A DNA stretch of 64,000 bases from contig CBDBCF010000002.1 in the NCBI GenBank assembly GCA_965202985.1, positions 608,001 to 672,000 of the forward strand, in the 5' to 3' direction. Shown here piece after piece: positions 1 through 12,200 of this stretch (the first letter of the stretch is position 1; each line of letters begins with the position of its first letter). Made by a program: the position numbers and the translations under genes. The notes under the pieces were generated by a model. That model was not told where the DNA came from, did no database searches, and was given only the letters and a program-made list of their open reading frames with translations. The DNA is from Longimicrobiales bacterium (lineage in GTDB: Bacteria > Gemmatimonadota > Gemmatimonadetes > Longimicrobiales > Gaopeijiaceae).

Positions 1-1914
1 TTGCGGACGGAGCGGGAGCGGGCCAGCCAGATTCGGGCGCAGCAGCTGTTGTTGCTGTTGCTCAGGGGGGCGATCGTGGTGCTGCTGGCGCTGGCGGGAG
101 CGCGCGTGCACCTCCGGGGCGGGGCCGGCAGCCACGAGCCCACGGCGCTGGCGTTGGTCCTGGACAACTCCATGAGCACGACCGTAGTGGACGGCGGGCG
201 GCGCCACCTGGACGCGCTCAAGGCGGCGGCGCGCGTGAGCGTGGCCCAGGCCGGACACGACGACGTGATCTGGGTGATCGGGGCGGGAACCCCGTGGGAG
301 AGGGCCGTGCCCGGCGGCGCGGCGCAGGCGTTGGCCGCCGTCGATTCGGTGCGGCCGGCGCATGGGCGCGCGGAGATGGCCCGGGTCGTCGCCCGGGCGC
401 GGGCGCTGGTGGCGCAGAGCGGGCTGTCCGCAGGCGAAGTGCACGTCTTCACCGACCTGCAAGCGACGGCCTTCGACGGGGTCGAGGAGGGGGCCGGGGA
501 CCCCAGCGTGCCTGTGGTGATCTTCGGGTTGCCGGCGGCTGGCGCGTCGCTTCAGGGAGAGGCGGACGGACGGGCGCGAGCTGCGGGAGGCGGCGGCCTC
601 AACCGGGGGGTGGAGCGCGTGGTCTTCGACGGCGGTTTGGCACCGTTGGCGGGTCGGCGCGCGCACGTGTCGGCGCTGGTCTCCGGGGGCGCGCCGGGCG
701 ACACGGTGGTCGCGCGGCTCTACGTGGGCGACCAAGTACGGGCCGCGGGCCGGGCGCCGGTCGGCGCTGCGGCGACGCTTCCGGCGGGGCCGTTCCGCGC
801 GGGGCGGATCGAGGGCTGGGTGGAGATCGATCCCGACCCCCTTACCGCCGACGATCGGCGCTACTTCTCGTTCGCCGTTCGCGAGCCTCCGCTCGCCGCC
901 CTGGCCGGCGACGCGCCGCTCTTCGCGCGGGAAGCGCTGGCGGTGCTGGAAGAGAGCGGGCGGGTCGCCCTGGTTGCGCCGGGCAGCGCCGAGGTCCTCG
1001 TGAGCGCCGGTGGCGAGGGGCTGGAACCGGCCGCGGCGGGACGGCAGGGGAGCACCGGTCGTCGAGCCGTGGTCTTCCCCTTGGCGGACGCGGCCCTGCT
1101 CCCGGCCCTCAATCGACGCTTGGCCGACGCCGGAATCCCGTTTCGCTACGCCGCGGCGGCCGCTGCTTCCGGGGCGCTTCGGGTGGCCGAACATGCGCTT
1201 CCCGTGGACTTGGCGGGGCTCGAGGTGCGTCATCGCTTCGCGGTCGAGCCGGCGGGGGCCGGCCCGGCGGCAGCGGCGTCTCGGGTCCTGGCCACATTGT
1301 CGAACGGCGACCCGTGGCTGTTGGCGGGCGTCGCGCCGCAGGGCGGCAGCTACGTCCTGATCGCGTCTCCCGTGGACGAAGAGTCCACTTCCCTGCCCGT
1401 GTCGGCGGCGATGCTCCCCCTTGTCGAGTGGGCGGTGGAGCACGGCGCCGGGACCGGCGGCGCGGGCACGCAGGGCGCCGTGGCCGGCGAAGCCTTCGTC
1501 CCGTCCCCCGCGGCCTCGACGATCGTGGACCCCCAAGGCGCACCGCATCGCGTAGACGGCGACCAGCCGTTCCCTGCGGCGACCGCCGGCCTCTATCGGG
1601 TGATGGCCGGCGACTCCGTGCTGGAGACGATCGCCGTCAACCCCCCGGCCGCCGAAACCGACCTGACGCCGTTGTCGCCGGCCGCGCTCGTCCAGGCGCT
1701 GCCGGGCGCCGTCGCCGTCGTGGACGACGCCGACGAATGGCGGGGCGAGATCTTTCGGGCAAAGCGGGGCTTGGAGCCCTGGCGGCTTCTGGCGCTCGCC
1801 CTGCTTGCGCTTGCGCTGGTCGAGAGCGCAGCCGCGGCCTCCACACGGGTCCTCTCGCGGACGCAAGGCGCCGCCGCGCCCGGACCCGTCTCGCCGAAAT
1901 CCGCCCGTGGCTGA
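1..1914 (+). CDS. BatA/vWA-domain membrane protein (5' truncated by window edge)
   Basis: Hydrophobic LLLLLLRGAIVVLLALA segment typical of the BatA N-terminus, vWA-like 'LVLDNSMS' and 'VFTDLQ' motifs, C-terminal 'AVNP..ETDL' plus a TM helix. Confidence 0.65.
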   Translation: MRTERERASQIRAQQLLLLLLRGAIVVLLALAGARVHLRGGAGSHEPTALALVLDNSMSTTVVDGGRRHLDALKAAARVSVAQAGHDDVIWVIGAGTPWERAVPGGAAQALAAVDSVRPAHGRAEMARVVARARALVAQSGLSAGEVHVFTDLQATAFDGVEEGAGDPSVPVVIFGLPAAGASLQGEADGRARAAGGGGLNRGVERVVFDGGLAPLAGRRAHVSALVSGGAPGDTVVARLYVGDQVRAAGRAPVGAAATLPAGPFRAGRIEGWVEIDPDPLTADDRRYFSFAVREPPLAALAGDAPLFAREALAVLEESGRVALVAPGSAEVLVSAGGEGLEPAAAGRQGSTGRRAVVFPLADAALLPALNRRLADAGIPFRYAAAAAASGALRVAEHALPVDLAGLEVRHRFAVEPAGAGPAAAASRVLATLSNGDPWLLAGVAPQGGSYVLIASPVDEESTSLPVSAAMLPLVEWAVEHGAGTGGAGTQGAVAGEAFVPSPAASTIVDPQGAPHRVDGDQPFPAATAGLYRVMAGDSVLETIAVNPPAAETDLTPLSPAALVQALPGAVAVVDDADEWRGEIFRAKRGLEPWRLLALALLALALVESAAAASTRVLSRTQGAAAPGPVSPKSARG

Positions 1915-4900
1915 CGCTTCCGCCTCGGCCCCTGCCCGCTTCCATGCGGTGGTCGAGGCGACTACCCAAGTCGGCGCTTTTCGCGACTTGGTCCGCGCCC
2001 TGCCGACCCCCGGCGAGACCGTCGGCGTCGGCGGAGCGGCAGGCAGCCTGCCGATGGCCGTGCTTGCCGCCCTGGTCGGCTTGCTGCCGAACCGGCTCTG
2101 GGTGGTCGCCGCCGCTTCGGCGCGCGACGCCGAGGCCCACCTGTCGGACCTGGAGACGCTGTTGGGTCCCGGCGCGGCCGTGGACTACCCCCAGCGCGAG
2201 GCGCCCGTCGCCGCCGGCGCCCGCGTCGACGGCGATCCGCCCGTGGAGATCTCGGGGCGTCGCGTCGAGGCCGTAGCGTCTCTGATGGCGGGCAAGTCGC
2301 GCGTGCTGGTCGCGACCCGCCGCGCGCTGCAAGAGGTCGCGCCGATCCCCGCCGGCTTGGCGGACCTGCGGTTCGTGGTCGCGACGGGAGACGCGCTTGG
2401 GCGGGAGGCGCTGATCGAAGCGCTGGACGCCCGAGGCTTCCGGCGAACGTCCACGGTGGAGGAGGTGGGCTGCTACGCCGTGCGCGGCGGACTGGTGGAC
2501 CTGTTCTCGTTCGGGGCGGCGGCGCCCGCGCGAGTGGAGTTCTGGGGAGACGAAATCGAGTCGGTTCGACTCTTCGACATCTTGGACCAGCGATCCACCG
2601 AGACCGTGGAGCGAGTGGATGTGCTGCCCGTGGACTTTCGCGCCGCCCGTCCCGCGCAGGACGCGGAAACGCAGAGCGCCCCGTGCTCGGTCCTGGACCG
2701 GCTGACCCGCGACACCACCCTGGTCCAGCTGGGCGCCGGTCCCTGGACCGACGAAGCCCAAGCCGCCTGGGCCGGCGCTCGGAGCGCCTACGACGACGCG
2801 GTCCGCTACGGCAACCCGGCCACGCCGCCGGAGTCCCTCTTCCTGTCGCCCGAGTCCCTCGAGGCCCGGTTGCGCCGGCTTCCCAGCCTGACGTTCGTCC
2901 CGGAGCACGTGGGCGCCCTCGTATTCGCGTCCGCACCGCCTCCGCCGATCGACAGAGACACGCGACAACTTCAAGTCTTCCTTGAACAAGAGGCCGGCAA
3001 CGACGTGCATACGCTGATCTTGTGCGACAACGACGGTCAGGCCAATCGTCTGGAGGAACTGGTCTCCGATCGGTTAGGGAGGCTACCCGCAGGCTGCCAA
3101 GTCGGCGTGGGCTCTCTTGCCGGCGGCTTCCGGCTGACCGATTCCCGCGCGCCGTTCAACGTCCTCACCGACCACGAAATCTTCCGGCGCAGCCCCAAGC
3201 TGCGGCGCAACCCGCGCTTCCGGGGCGCCGCCTCCCTGGAGAGCTTGGCCCAGCTGTCGCCCGGGGACTACGTGGTGCACATGGAGCACGGCATCGGGCG
3301 CTTCCAAGGGTTGGATCGCGTGGAGCTGGGCGGCAGCAGCGTCGAAGCTCTGATCATCGCCTACGACGGCGACGAGCGGCTTTGCGTGCCCGTCCACCGG
3401 CTGGACCAAGTGGAGCGCTGGGTGGACGCGGACCCGGACGCTCGACCCCGCCAAGTCCACCGAATCGGCGGCCGGCGGTGGAAGACGGTGCGCCAGCGGG
3501 CGGAGACGGCGATCGGGCAGATGACCGCCGAACTCCTGGAGCTGTACGCGGCCCGGCGGTCGAAGCCCGGTCACGCCTTTCCTCCGGACAGCCGCTGGCA
3601 GCGAGAGATGGAGTCGTCGTTCCTGTACGAGGACACGCCCGACCAGCGGGCGGCCGTGGATGCGATCAAGGCCGACATGGAGTCGCCCAAGGTCATGGAC
3701 CGGCTGGTCTGCGGAGACGTGGGCTACGGCAAGACCGAGGTGGCCGTGCGGGCCGCGTTCAAGGCCGTCCAGGACGGCAAGCAGGTGGCGGTGCTGGCCC
3801 CGACGACGGTGCTGGTGGCCCAGCACGCCAAGACGTTCGGGGAGCGCTTGGCCGACTACCCGGTTCGCGTCGCCGGGCTGTCGCGCTTCGATTCGCGCGA
3901 ACGCCAGCGGCAGGTGTTGCGGGAACTGGCGGCGGGCGCCGTCGATGTCGTGGTCGGCACTCACCGCCTCCTGTCGGCCGACGTGGCGTTCAAGGACTTG
4001 GGGCTGCTGGTGATCGACGAGGAGCAGCGCCTCGGGGTTCGCCAGAAGGAGCGGCTCAAGCGGATGCGCGCCACCGTGGACGTGCTGACGCTGACGGCCA
4101 CGCCCATTCCGCGAACCCTGTATCTGTCGCTGGCGGGGATCCGCGACCTGTCCCTGATCCGCACGCCGCCCCGGAATCGGAGGCCAGTCGTGACGCACGT
4201 GGTGCCTTGGAGCGACCAACTGGTGGCGGAGGCGTGCCGGCACGAGTTGGACCGGGGCGGCCAAGTCTTCTTTCTGCACAACCGCGTTCAGACGATCGAC
4301 ACCGTGGGCTCGCGCGTGCGAAGGCTGGTCGCGCCGGCTTCGGTGGACGTGGCTCACGGCCAGATGCCCGCCATGGAGCTGGACATCGCCATGACGCGTT
4401 TCGTGGAGGGCGAGACCGATGTGCTCGTCTGCTCGTCGATCATCGAGAACGGCCTGGACGTGCCCAACGCCAACACGCTCGTCGTGGACGGCGCCGACCG
4501 GTTCGGCCTGTCGCAGCTGTACCAGATCCGCGGGCGGGTCGGGCGCTCGGACCGGCGGGCGTTCTGCTACCTGATCGTGCCCGACGCGATCACCGTGGAC
4601 GCCGAGAAGCGCTTGCGGGTGCTTGAGCACTACACGGAGCTGGGAAGCGGATACCAGATTGCGCTGCGCGACTTGGAGGTGCGCGGGGCCGGGAACCTGT
4701 TGGGCGAGGACCAGTCGGGGTTCGCGCACGCCGTCGGGTTGGACACGTACCTTCGCCTGCTGGAGGATACGGTGCGGCGCATGCGGGACGGACCCGGCGC
4801 CGAGCGCCATCCTCGACCCGAGGTGACGATGGAAGCCGGCGCCTACTTGCCCGCCGACTACGTGGCCGACGACCACCAGAAGCTGCACTTCTACCGTAGG

Positions 4901-5260
4901 TTGTCGCGGATGGAGCGTCGGGCCGAAGTGGACGAGATGGCGGCGGAGATGACCGACCGCTTCGGCAAGCTGCCGGCGCCGGCCCGGCGCCTCCTGGACC
5001 AGCACCGCCTTGCGCTGGCGGGCCGCGCCGCCGGAGCCCAACGCATCCAGGTGCGCGAGGCGGGCGCGCGCGTGAACTTCCGGGCCGGCGTCATGCCTCG
5101 GATGTCGGCGCTGGAGGACGCCTTGGCGGGGGAACGGGTAGCCGTCGAGGTGCGCAGGATTTCCCCGTTCTCCATTGTGCTGGAGTGCTACGACGCGGAA
5201 CGAACGGCGACGGCGGCGGTCCGCGCCTTGACTGCGCTGGCGCCGGAGGGGAGCCGATGA
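1907..5260 (+). CDS. mfd: Transcription-repair coupling factor
   Basis: UvrB-like region, CarD/RID (GDYVVHMEHGIGRF), SF2 motifs GDVGYGKT, DEEQR, TATPIPRT, QIRGRVGR, TRCF C-terminus; GTG 1907 overlaps the upstream stop (start inferred). Confidence 0.97.
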   Translation: MADASASAPARFHAVVEATTQVGAFRDLVRALPTPGETVGVGGAAGSLPMAVLAALVGLLPNRLWVVAAASARDAEAHLSDLETLLGPGAAVDYPQREAPVAAGARVDGDPPVEISGRRVEAVASLMAGKSRVLVATRRALQEVAPIPAGLADLRFVVATGDALGREALIEALDARGFRRTSTVEEVGCYAVRGGLVDLFSFGAAAPARVEFWGDEIESVRLFDILDQRSTETVERVDVLPVDFRAARPAQDAETQSAPCSVLDRLTRDTTLVQLGAGPWTDEAQAAWAGARSAYDDAVRYGNPATPPESLFLSPESLEARLRRLPSLTFVPEHVGALVFASAPPPPIDRDTRQLQVFLEQEAGNDVHTLILCDNDGQANRLEELVSDRLGRLPAGCQVGVGSLAGGFRLTDSRAPFNVLTDHEIFRRSPKLRRNPRFRGAASLESLAQLSPGDYVVHMEHGIGRFQGLDRVELGGSSVEALIIAYDGDERLCVPVHRLDQVERWVDADPDARPRQVHRIGGRRWKTVRQRAETAIGQMTAELLELYAARRSKPGHAFPPDSRWQREMESSFLYEDTPDQRAAVDAIKADMESPKVMDRLVCGDVGYGKTEVAVRAAFKAVQDGKQVAVLAPTTVLVAQHAKTFGERLADYPVRVAGLSRFDSRERQRQVLRELAAGAVDVVVGTHRLLSADVAFKDLGLLVIDEEQRLGVRQKERLKRMRATVDVLTLTATPIPRTLYLSLAGIRDLSLIRTPPRNRRPVVTHVVPWSDQLVAEACRHELDRGGQVFFLHNRVQTIDTVGSRVRRLVAPASVDVAHGQMPAMELDIAMTRFVEGETDVLVCSSIIENGLDVPNANTLVVDGADRFGLSQLYQIRGRVGRSDRRAFCYLIVPDAITVDAEKRLRVLEHYTELGSGYQIALRDLEVRGAGNLLGEDQSGFAHAVGLDTYLRLLEDTVRRMRDGPGAERHPRPEVTMEAGAYLPADYVADDHQKLHFYRRLSRMERRAEVDEMAAEMTDRFGKLPAPARRLLDQHRLALAGRAAGAQRIQVREAGARVNFRAGVMPRMSALEDALAGERVAVEVRRISPFSIVLECYDAERTATAAVRALTALAPEGSR

Positions 5261-6831
5261 CGGACCGGAACGGAAGGGCGGCGAGGTCGCACCGGGCGGC
5301 GTGCCCGGACGGGGCCTGGGCCGCGAGGCGGGGGACGTCGTGGGCGGCAACCGGGCTCGGGGCGGTCGCTGCGTGTGCTGCTGCTGCGCTTGGCGCGTGC
5401 GGGGGAGGACCGCTGGCGGAGGCGGCGGGACGCCGGCTGTCGGTGGAGGACGCCGCCCGGCTGATCGCGGAGCACAGCACGCTACCCCCCGACACCCAGG
5501 TCGCGCGGGCGGTGGCCGAGCTGTGGGTGGACTACACCCTGCTTGCGGCGCGTCTGGAAGCGGACACGTCCTTGGCCTCGCTGGACGTGGCGACGCTGGT
5601 GCGGCAGCCCCTGGAAGACGAGATGCTGGCCCGCCTGCAAGCGGAAGTGATCGACGCCGACACCGTAGTGACCGACGAAGAGCTGGCTGCCCGGTTCGCG
5701 GCGGAGATGCCCGGCGCGCGTGCCACGGCGTCGCAGATCCTGCTTCTGTTCCCCCCCGAGGCCACGGCGCGACAGCGCGACAGCGTGCTGGCCATGGCGC
5801 GCGCGGTGCGGTTCCAGCTGGACGCCGGCGCCGACTTCGGCGAGCTGGCCGCCCAGATGAGCGACGATCCCGGCAGCGCACGGCGCGGTGGCGCCTTGGG
5901 CGTCTTCGAACGAGGCCGGATGCTCGCGCCGGTGGACCAAGCCGTGTTCGCGATGCAGCCCGGCGAGACCAGCGAGCCGGTAGCGTCGTCGCTCGGCTAC
6001 CATGTCCTGCGCCTGGACGCCCTGGATATTCCCGAACTGCCCGAAGTGGCGGCCGAGTTTCGCGCGGCCATTCGGCAGGAGCGCTTGGCCGAGGCCGAAG
6101 CGGCGTACATCGCGCAACTGGATTCCCTGGCCGGGCTTCGTCTGGCGGAGGGCGCCCTTGCCGTGGTCCGCGCGCTGGCGCAGCCCCGCGCCCCGCGGCT
6201 GAGCACGCGGGCGGCCCGGCGGCCACTGATGGAGTGGGAAGGCGGACGCTACACCGCCGGCGACTTCCTGGCGCTGGCCCGCGAGTCGCCCCCTGGGTTC
6301 GCCGAAGGAGTCCACTCCGCCGACGACTCGGAGCTGGAAGAAGCCCTGCTCCGCCTGGGACGCCAGCGGCTGCTGGTGGAGGAAGCCAGAGCCCGAGGCT
6401 TCGAGCCCACCCAGACTCGCCGCGACTCCGTGTCCGCCCAGGCCCGGAGCGCGATCCGGCAGGGCGCCCGAGCAATCGGACTGGGGCCGGGAGGTGGCCC
6501 AGGCGGCGCGGGAACCCCAGGCGACGCGGGGACGGGCGCCGACGCAAGCGGCGCGAGCCCGGACGCGGAGGCTGTCGCGGGCGCGGGCGCGGAGGCCGCG
6601 GAGGCGAACCCGGAAGCTGTGGCAGGCGCGAGTCCGGACGCCCTTGGCAGCGACGCCCCGGACGCGGCTCCGGACCTCGTTCGCGCTGTCTTGGCCGCGA
6701 TCTTGGCCGGCCAGCGGGAGATCAACCCGCTCGGGGCGGTTAGCTTGCTCTTGCGCGACCAGTCCCCGTGGCGGATACGCGCGTCGCGGATCGGGGCAAC
6801 AGCCCAGCGTGCCCTGGAACTCCAACCTTAG
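5257..6831 (+). CDS. PpiC/parvulin-type peptidylprolyl isomerase, probable lipoprotein
   Basis: Lipobox-like ALGAC, 'ASQILL', '[22 protein letters not shown]', 'SSLGYHVL'; ATGA overlap with the mfd stop. Confidence 0.8.
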   Translation: MTDRNGRAARSHRAACPDGAWAARRGTSWAATGLGAVAACAAAALGACGGGPLAEAAGRRLSVEDAARLIAEHSTLPPDTQVARAVAELWVDYTLLAARLEADTSLASLDVATLVRQPLEDEMLARLQAEVIDADTVVTDEELAARFAAEMPGARATASQILLLFPPEATARQRDSVLAMARAVRFQLDAGADFGELAAQMSDDPGSARRGGALGVFERGRMLAPVDQAVFAMQPGETSEPVASSLGYHVLRLDALDIPELPEVAAEFRAAIRQERLAEAEAAYIAQLDSLAGLRLAEGALAVVRALAQPRAPRLSTRAARRPLMEWEGGRYTAGDFLALARESPPGFAEGVHSADDSELEEALLRLGRQRLLVEEARARGFEPTQTRRDSVSAQARSAIRQGARAIGLGPGGGPGGAGTPGDAGTGADASGASPDAEAVAGAGAEAAEANPEAVAGASPDALGSDAPDAAPDLVRAVLAAILAGQREINPLGAVSLLLRDQSPWRIRASRIGATAQRALELQP

Positions 6832-6922
6832 GCGATCACCCCTCGAAGCATTTCCGGCCCCCACGCCCCGCCAGTCTTCTCGACCCCCCCTGACCCCTCG
6901 CCCCCTCAACGCCTTCGACGCC

Positions 6923-8257
6923 ATGAACGCGCTTCCCCGTGTCCGCGCCCGGCTCGCCGCCTTTATGACCGTGGCCGCCCTGCTCGCCTTGCTCGGCGTC
7001 CCGGTCCAAGCGCTCTCCCAAGACCCGGAAAGGTCGGTCGACCGGGTCGTGGCGGTCGTCGGCGATTCGGCCGTCCTCTTGTCCCAGCTGCTGAACCGGG
7101 AACGCGAGATGATCGCGTCCGGCGCCCCGGTTCCCCCCGAAGGCTCGGCGGAGCGCGACGACTTCATGCGCGAACTGCTGGACGAGCTGGTGGACAACCA
7201 GGTCATCCTCCAAGCCGCGGCTCGGGACACCCTGCTCGAGGTCGACGACGACCGGGTCGAGGAAAGCCTTCAGCAACGAATGTCGGGGATGGAGTCGAAC
7301 TTGGGCGGGCGCGAGCAGTTGGAGCAGGCGCTGCGCGAAGCCGGGCTGTCGATGCAGAGCTTCCGGGAGATGCAGCGGGACATGATCGGTCAGCGGATGC
7401 TGGTCCAGCTGTACGTTCAGCGCTACGGCGGGGACGGGGCCGTCGAGGTCTCCGACGAAGAGGTGCGCGAGTATTTCGAGGCCCAGGAAGACGCGCTCCA
7501 GGAGCGTCCGGCCACGGTCGCGTTCAAGCAGGTCGTGCTCACGGTGGTGCCGTCCGACTCGGCGGTCGACGCGGCGCTCGACCTGGCCGAATCGGTTCGG
7601 GAGCGAGCGGTGGCGGGCGAAGACTTCGGGGAGCTGGCCCGCGAGCATTCCCAGGACCCGGGTTCCGCGCAGGCGGGCGGCGACCTGGGGTGGTTCAGAC
7701 GGGGAAACTTCGCCGAAGAGTTCGAAGAGGCGGCGTTCGCGCTGCCCGAAGGCGAAGTCAGCGACGTGATCGAGACGATATTCGGCTACCACGTCATCAA
7801 GGTCGAGAAGGTGCGCTTTGCCGAGCGCCAAGCCCGCCACGTCCTGATCCGCCCCCGCACCGGGCCGGCGGACGTGACCGCCACCCGCGATCTGGCGAGC
7901 GAGCTGGCCGCCCGGGCTGCCGCGGGCGATGACTTCCAGGCCATCGTGGATGAGAACCACGACGCGCTGCTCCCGGATTCGGCGACGGTGCCCCGCAGTC
8001 AGATCGCGCAGCTGCTGCCGCCCGCGTACTTGTCGGCCCTGTCGGGACGTTCGGCGGGCGATGTGGTGGGACCGCTCCAGTTCAGCTATCGGGACGAGGA
8101 GCACTTCGCGGTGTTGAAGATCCTGGAGACGCGGGAAGCCGGCGCGTACGTGTTCGAAGAGCTGGCGCCGCAGATCCGCTCCGGGCTGATGGAGCAGAAG
8201 CGTCTGGACCGGCTGATCGAGGGGCTGCGGGACAAGACCTACATCGAGATCAAGTGA
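6923..8257 (+). CDS. surA: SurA-family periplasmic chaperone/PPIase
   Basis: Signal peptide, '[10 protein letters not shown]' SurA N-terminus, parvulin domain '[24 protein letters not shown]', C-terminal '[10 protein letters not shown]'; next to pdxA as in surA-pdxA operons. Confidence 0.85.
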   Translation: MNALPRVRARLAAFMTVAALLALLGVPVQALSQDPERSVDRVVAVVGDSAVLLSQLLNREREMIASGAPVPPEGSAERDDFMRELLDELVDNQVILQAAARDTLLEVDDDRVEESLQQRMSGMESNLGGREQLEQALREAGLSMQSFREMQRDMIGQRMLVQLYVQRYGGDGAVEVSDEEVREYFEAQEDALQERPATVAFKQVVLTVVPSDSAVDAALDLAESVRERAVAGEDFGELAREHSQDPGSAQAGGDLGWFRRGNFAEEFEEAAFALPEGEVSDVIETIFGYHVIKVEKVRFAERQARHVLIRPRTGPADVTATRDLASELAARAAAGDDFQAIVDENHDALLPDSATVPRSQIAQLLPPAYLSALSGRSAGDVVGPLQFSYRDEEHFAVLKILETREAGAYVFEELAPQIRSGLMEQKRLDRLIEGLRDKTYIEIK

Positions 8258-9192
8258 GCGGCTTGGCCGTCACCGTGGGCGACCCCCGCGGGATCGGCCC
8301 CGAGGTGACCGCGAAAGCGCTGGCCGCTCTGCCCGACGCAGCCGAAGCAGCTACGGTGATCGGTCCCTGCGAGTGCGCCGCCGCCTTCGCGGGCTTGGCG
8401 CGCTTCGAGGCCGTGGACGACGGGGCCGCCGGGCTGGCGCCGGGCAAGGCCGCGGGGATGTCCGTGGAGCAGGCCGTGGCCATGGCGCTGGACGGAGACG
8501 CCGACGCCGTGGTGACGGCGCCCGTCCACAAGCCCTCGCTGGTCGGCGCCGGATATCCGCCCGGCCACACCGAGATGCTCATGGACCTGTCGGGCGCGTT
8601 GCGGGTCGGGATGCTCATGTGCGACGAGGGGAACGGCGCCCGTCCCGCCAAGCGCGTCCTTCTGGCCACGATCCACGTGCCCCTGGCCGACGTGCCCCGC
8701 CTGGTCACGACCGCGCTCCTCGTCGACCAGACGCGCCTCTTGGCCGCGGCGCTGGCCTCCGACTGGGGGCTGGAGAAGCCGCGCATCGCCCTTTGCGCCC
8801 TGAACCCGCACGCCTCCGACGACGGCATGTTCGGCTCCGAAGAGCGGGACGTCTTCGCTCCGGCCGCGGCCGCTCTGGCCGGCGGCTCCTGTTCCGTGGT
8901 CGGCCCGCTGCCGGCCGACACGGTCTTCGCGCGGGCGTTCCGCGGCGAGTTCGACGCCGTCGTGGCGCCCTACCACGACGTGGGGATGGCCGCGTTCAAG
9001 ACGGCAGCGTTCGGGCGCGGGGTAAACGCGACGCTGGGGCTGCCCTTCGTTCGCACCTCTCCCGACCACGGCACCGCCTTCGACATCGCCGGGCAGGACC
9101 GGGCCGATCCGTCCTCCATGATCGAAGCCGTCCGGCTGGCGGTTCGGCTGGCGCGTGCGCACCGGCGGCGGGAACGGAAACGCTCCTCCTAG
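8254..9192 (+). CDS. pdxA: 4-hydroxythreonine-4-phosphate dehydrogenase
   Basis: Motifs [48 protein letters not shown]. Confidence 0.95.
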   Translation: MSGLAVTVGDPRGIGPEVTAKALAALPDAAEAATVIGPCECAAAFAGLARFEAVDDGAAGLAPGKAAGMSVEQAVAMALDGDADAVVTAPVHKPSLVGAGYPPGHTEMLMDLSGALRVGMLMCDEGNGARPAKRVLLATIHVPLADVPRLVTTALLVDQTRLLAAALASDWGLEKPRIALCALNPHASDDGMFGSEERDVFAPAAAALAGGSCSVVGPLPADTVFARAFRGEFDAVVAPYHDVGMAAFKTAAFGRGVNATLGLPFVRTSPDHGTAFDIAGQDRADPSSMIEAVRLAVRLARAHRRRERKRSS

Positions 9193-9215
9193 AGGTTGGC
9201 AGGCGGGTCCCGCGA

Positions 9216-9255
9216 GTCCCCGGCACAGTGCGGGACAACGCACCGCGCCGGGGAC
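9216..9255. terminator. GC-rich hairpin between convergent pdxA and adhesin genes (possible bidirectional terminator)
   Basis: GTCCCCGGC-aca-GTGCG-ggacaa-CGCAC-cgc-GCCGGGGAC inverted repeat; no U-tract. Confidence 0.4.
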
Positions 9256-9267
9256 GCACGAACCCTA

Positions 9268-12200
9268 CTAGAAGACGATCCTGCCCGAGAGGCCGATGCG
9301 GCGTTCCGGGGGCTGGACGCCGCTGGCGACGTGCTCGCCGAACAGGTCCATCATCAAGCGCAGGCCGGGCGACCGGGTCCCCGGGGACTCGGTAAGTTGC
9401 CCGGTGGTCTCGCCGCCCAGCAGCGACCAGCGGGTCCCTATGTTCACCCGATGGCCCGTCGGTCCCTCGCGGCTCCACCGGCCGAACGGCTTGACCTGAG
9501 CGCCGCCGGACAGCAGCACGCCGTAGCCGACCTCCATCGCCACGCGGTCGGGTGCCCAGCCCGGCGCGCTCGTGGCCGCCAAGAGGCCGGAGCTTGCCGG
9601 GAGGCCCGGGCCTGCCTGCGAGCCGACGGCCGGATCGCCATTCGCGCCCGACATGCCTTCGGCCGACGGGTCGCCCGGGTTGTGAGCGGGTTCCGGGCTT
9701 GCCGGGACGTTCGCGCCGATTGGCCGCGCAACCCGGCCCGGCGCGCCGAAGCCGGCCACGCCCGCGGTCCGCCACACGTCGGCGCCGCCCTGCCACAGCG
9801 TCCGCGCGCCGCGCCCAGCGTCGCCCCACGTCGGCTCGACCGAGAACGACAGCCCGCTCTCGCCCTCGCCGCCCCCGCCGCCCGGCTGCAACCTCAGCGA
9901 GAACCCGGCGCCCCAGTCCTTGAAGTCCCGCTCCTGGTGCACCAGCAGCGCACGGCCCCGCGCCGTCATGCTGAACCCGCTGGCCTGGTGCGCCAACCCC
10001 ACCTCGGCGCCCGCCTCCGCGCCCATACCCGTCTCCGCGTCGCCGCCGTCGAAGCGACCCCCCACCTCGAGCCGCGTCCGCATCGCCAGCCCGCCGCCCA
10101 GCTGCCACTGGCCGCCGATCTCCGGCGCCAGTCGCACGCGCTGCGCGTCCGCCGTCACGCCCGCCAGCCCCGCCACCTCGTCCGACAAGATGCGGACGGC
10201 GAAGGCGTCCGCCTTCAGCGCCAACCCGCCGGTCAGCTCCTGGCGCACGCCCAGCGCACCCATGCGCATCTCCAAGTCGGTGTCGAAACGGCCGCCAGCC
10301 GACTCATCGAGCGTCGCGTCGCCCCGGCCCGCGCCCGCCAAGCCCCACACGCCGAACCCGCCGCTGGACGACCAGTGCAGGTAGGGGTACAGGCTGGTCA
10401 GGCGAGCGTCGACCGAGCCCGCGCCGTTGACGTCGCTGTCGAAGCCGGCCTCCATGTCGCTGCGCGAGCCCGCAAGCCCCATCAGCACGCCCGACGCGAA
10501 CCGGTAGTCCAGCCCCAAGTAGGCGGAGCGCGTGCGGCCGTCCATGGCGAAGCCTTCGTCGGGACGGCCCTCGAACTCGCCCAGGTTCGCCTGGCCCCAC
10601 ACCGTCCAGCCCGACCGGACAGCAGCCTGCGAAGAGACGGAGGCTGCGCTTGCCGCGTCGCCGGCCGCCGAGCCGTCCGAGCCGCCGAATGACAGCTGGA
10701 ACGAGCTCTGCGAGCGCAGGCCGAGGGCGTCGACCGGGTTGAACGTTAGGCCGCCGGTGCGGTCGGCGCGCCCGGCGTCGGCTTGCTGTTGGCCCTGGTA
10801 GGCGCCGCCCATGCCGGCCATGCCGCCGGCGCTGCCCGCGCCCGGACCGCTCCGCCCGTCGCCGAACAGCAGCGCGGCCAAGTCGACGGTCCCGCCGGCC
10901 ACATCGGCGGAGCCGGGAACGGCGATCTGCAGCCCCAGCAGGCCCGTCGCGCCCCGCACCAGCGACTCGAGACCGCACTCGCCCGAGCCGACAGCGGCGC
11001 TGTTGCTCTCGCCGTCATCGGCTTGGCCGTCTGCCGCGTTCGCAGCGTCGGCGAAGCCGCTTGCCCCGGCGCCCGGCGCGCCGCACGCCAGCGAGCGCCC
11101 GCCGAGCTGCACATGCGACCGGCCCAGCGCACCCGACGACCCCAGCCCCAACCGCCCGCCGATCGCATCCACCGTCTCCGTGCCCAGCGACCGGCCAAAC
11201 GCCGCCAGCGTCAGCTCCAACGCACGCGCACGCTCCGACCGCGACGCCTCCACCGTCACCCGCACCTGCTGCCGAGCCGACAACCCGCCCGGATCGCTCG
11301 CGCGTACCGTCACCACGGCCTCGCCGATCGCCTGCGGCGCGATTGACAACCGCCCCGCGCCCGTCACCGTCGCAGCCGCCACGGCCGGCGACGACGACTC
11401 GACCGCGTACGTCAGCGCGTCGCCGTCCGGGTCCCGGAAGTACTGTCCCAACTCCTCTTCCACAGCGTCGCCGTACGCCTCGAGCGTCTTCGGCGACATC
11501 GCGCCCACGGCCTCCGGGCCCTCGTTCACGTCCAGCAGCGTCACCGACACGCCCGCCTCGGCCGTCAGTCCGCCCGCGTCCGTCGCCCGCACCGTCAGCG
11601 CGAACATCGGCGGACCCGCCTCGTAGTCCTCGCCGCTCCCCACGTACCGCACCTCGCCCGTCCGAGCGTCCACCTCGAACCGTGCGGCGTCGCCTTCGGC
11701 CAAGCTGTACGCCGGCGCGTCGCCGCGGTCGGGGTCCGTCGCTTCGACCACGCCCAGCGTCAGCGGCCCGGCAACGTTCTCCGCCAGCTCGAACGCGTAC
11801 GCGCTGTCCGCGAACGCCGGCGCCTCGTTCACGTCCAGCAGCGCGACCGTCGCAACCGCGCGCGCCGCCAGCCCCTCGCCGTCCGTCGCAACCACCTCGA
11901 ACTCCCAGGACGCCGGGCCCGCCTCGTAGTCCTCGCCCGCGCCCGCGTACCGCACCTCGCCCGTCGCAGCGTCCACCTCGAAGAGCGCCGCGCCTTCGCC
12001 CGACAGGCTGTACACGAGCGTGTCCGCTCGGTCCGGGTCCGCCGCCTCGACCGCGCCCAGAACCAACGGTCCGGCGACGTTCTCCTCGAACTCCCACTCG
12101 TAGACCTCCGCAGCGAACGCCGGCGCCTCGTTACGGTCCAGCAGCGCCACCACCACCCGCGCAGACGCCGCGATGCCGCCGCGGTCCGTCGCACGGACCT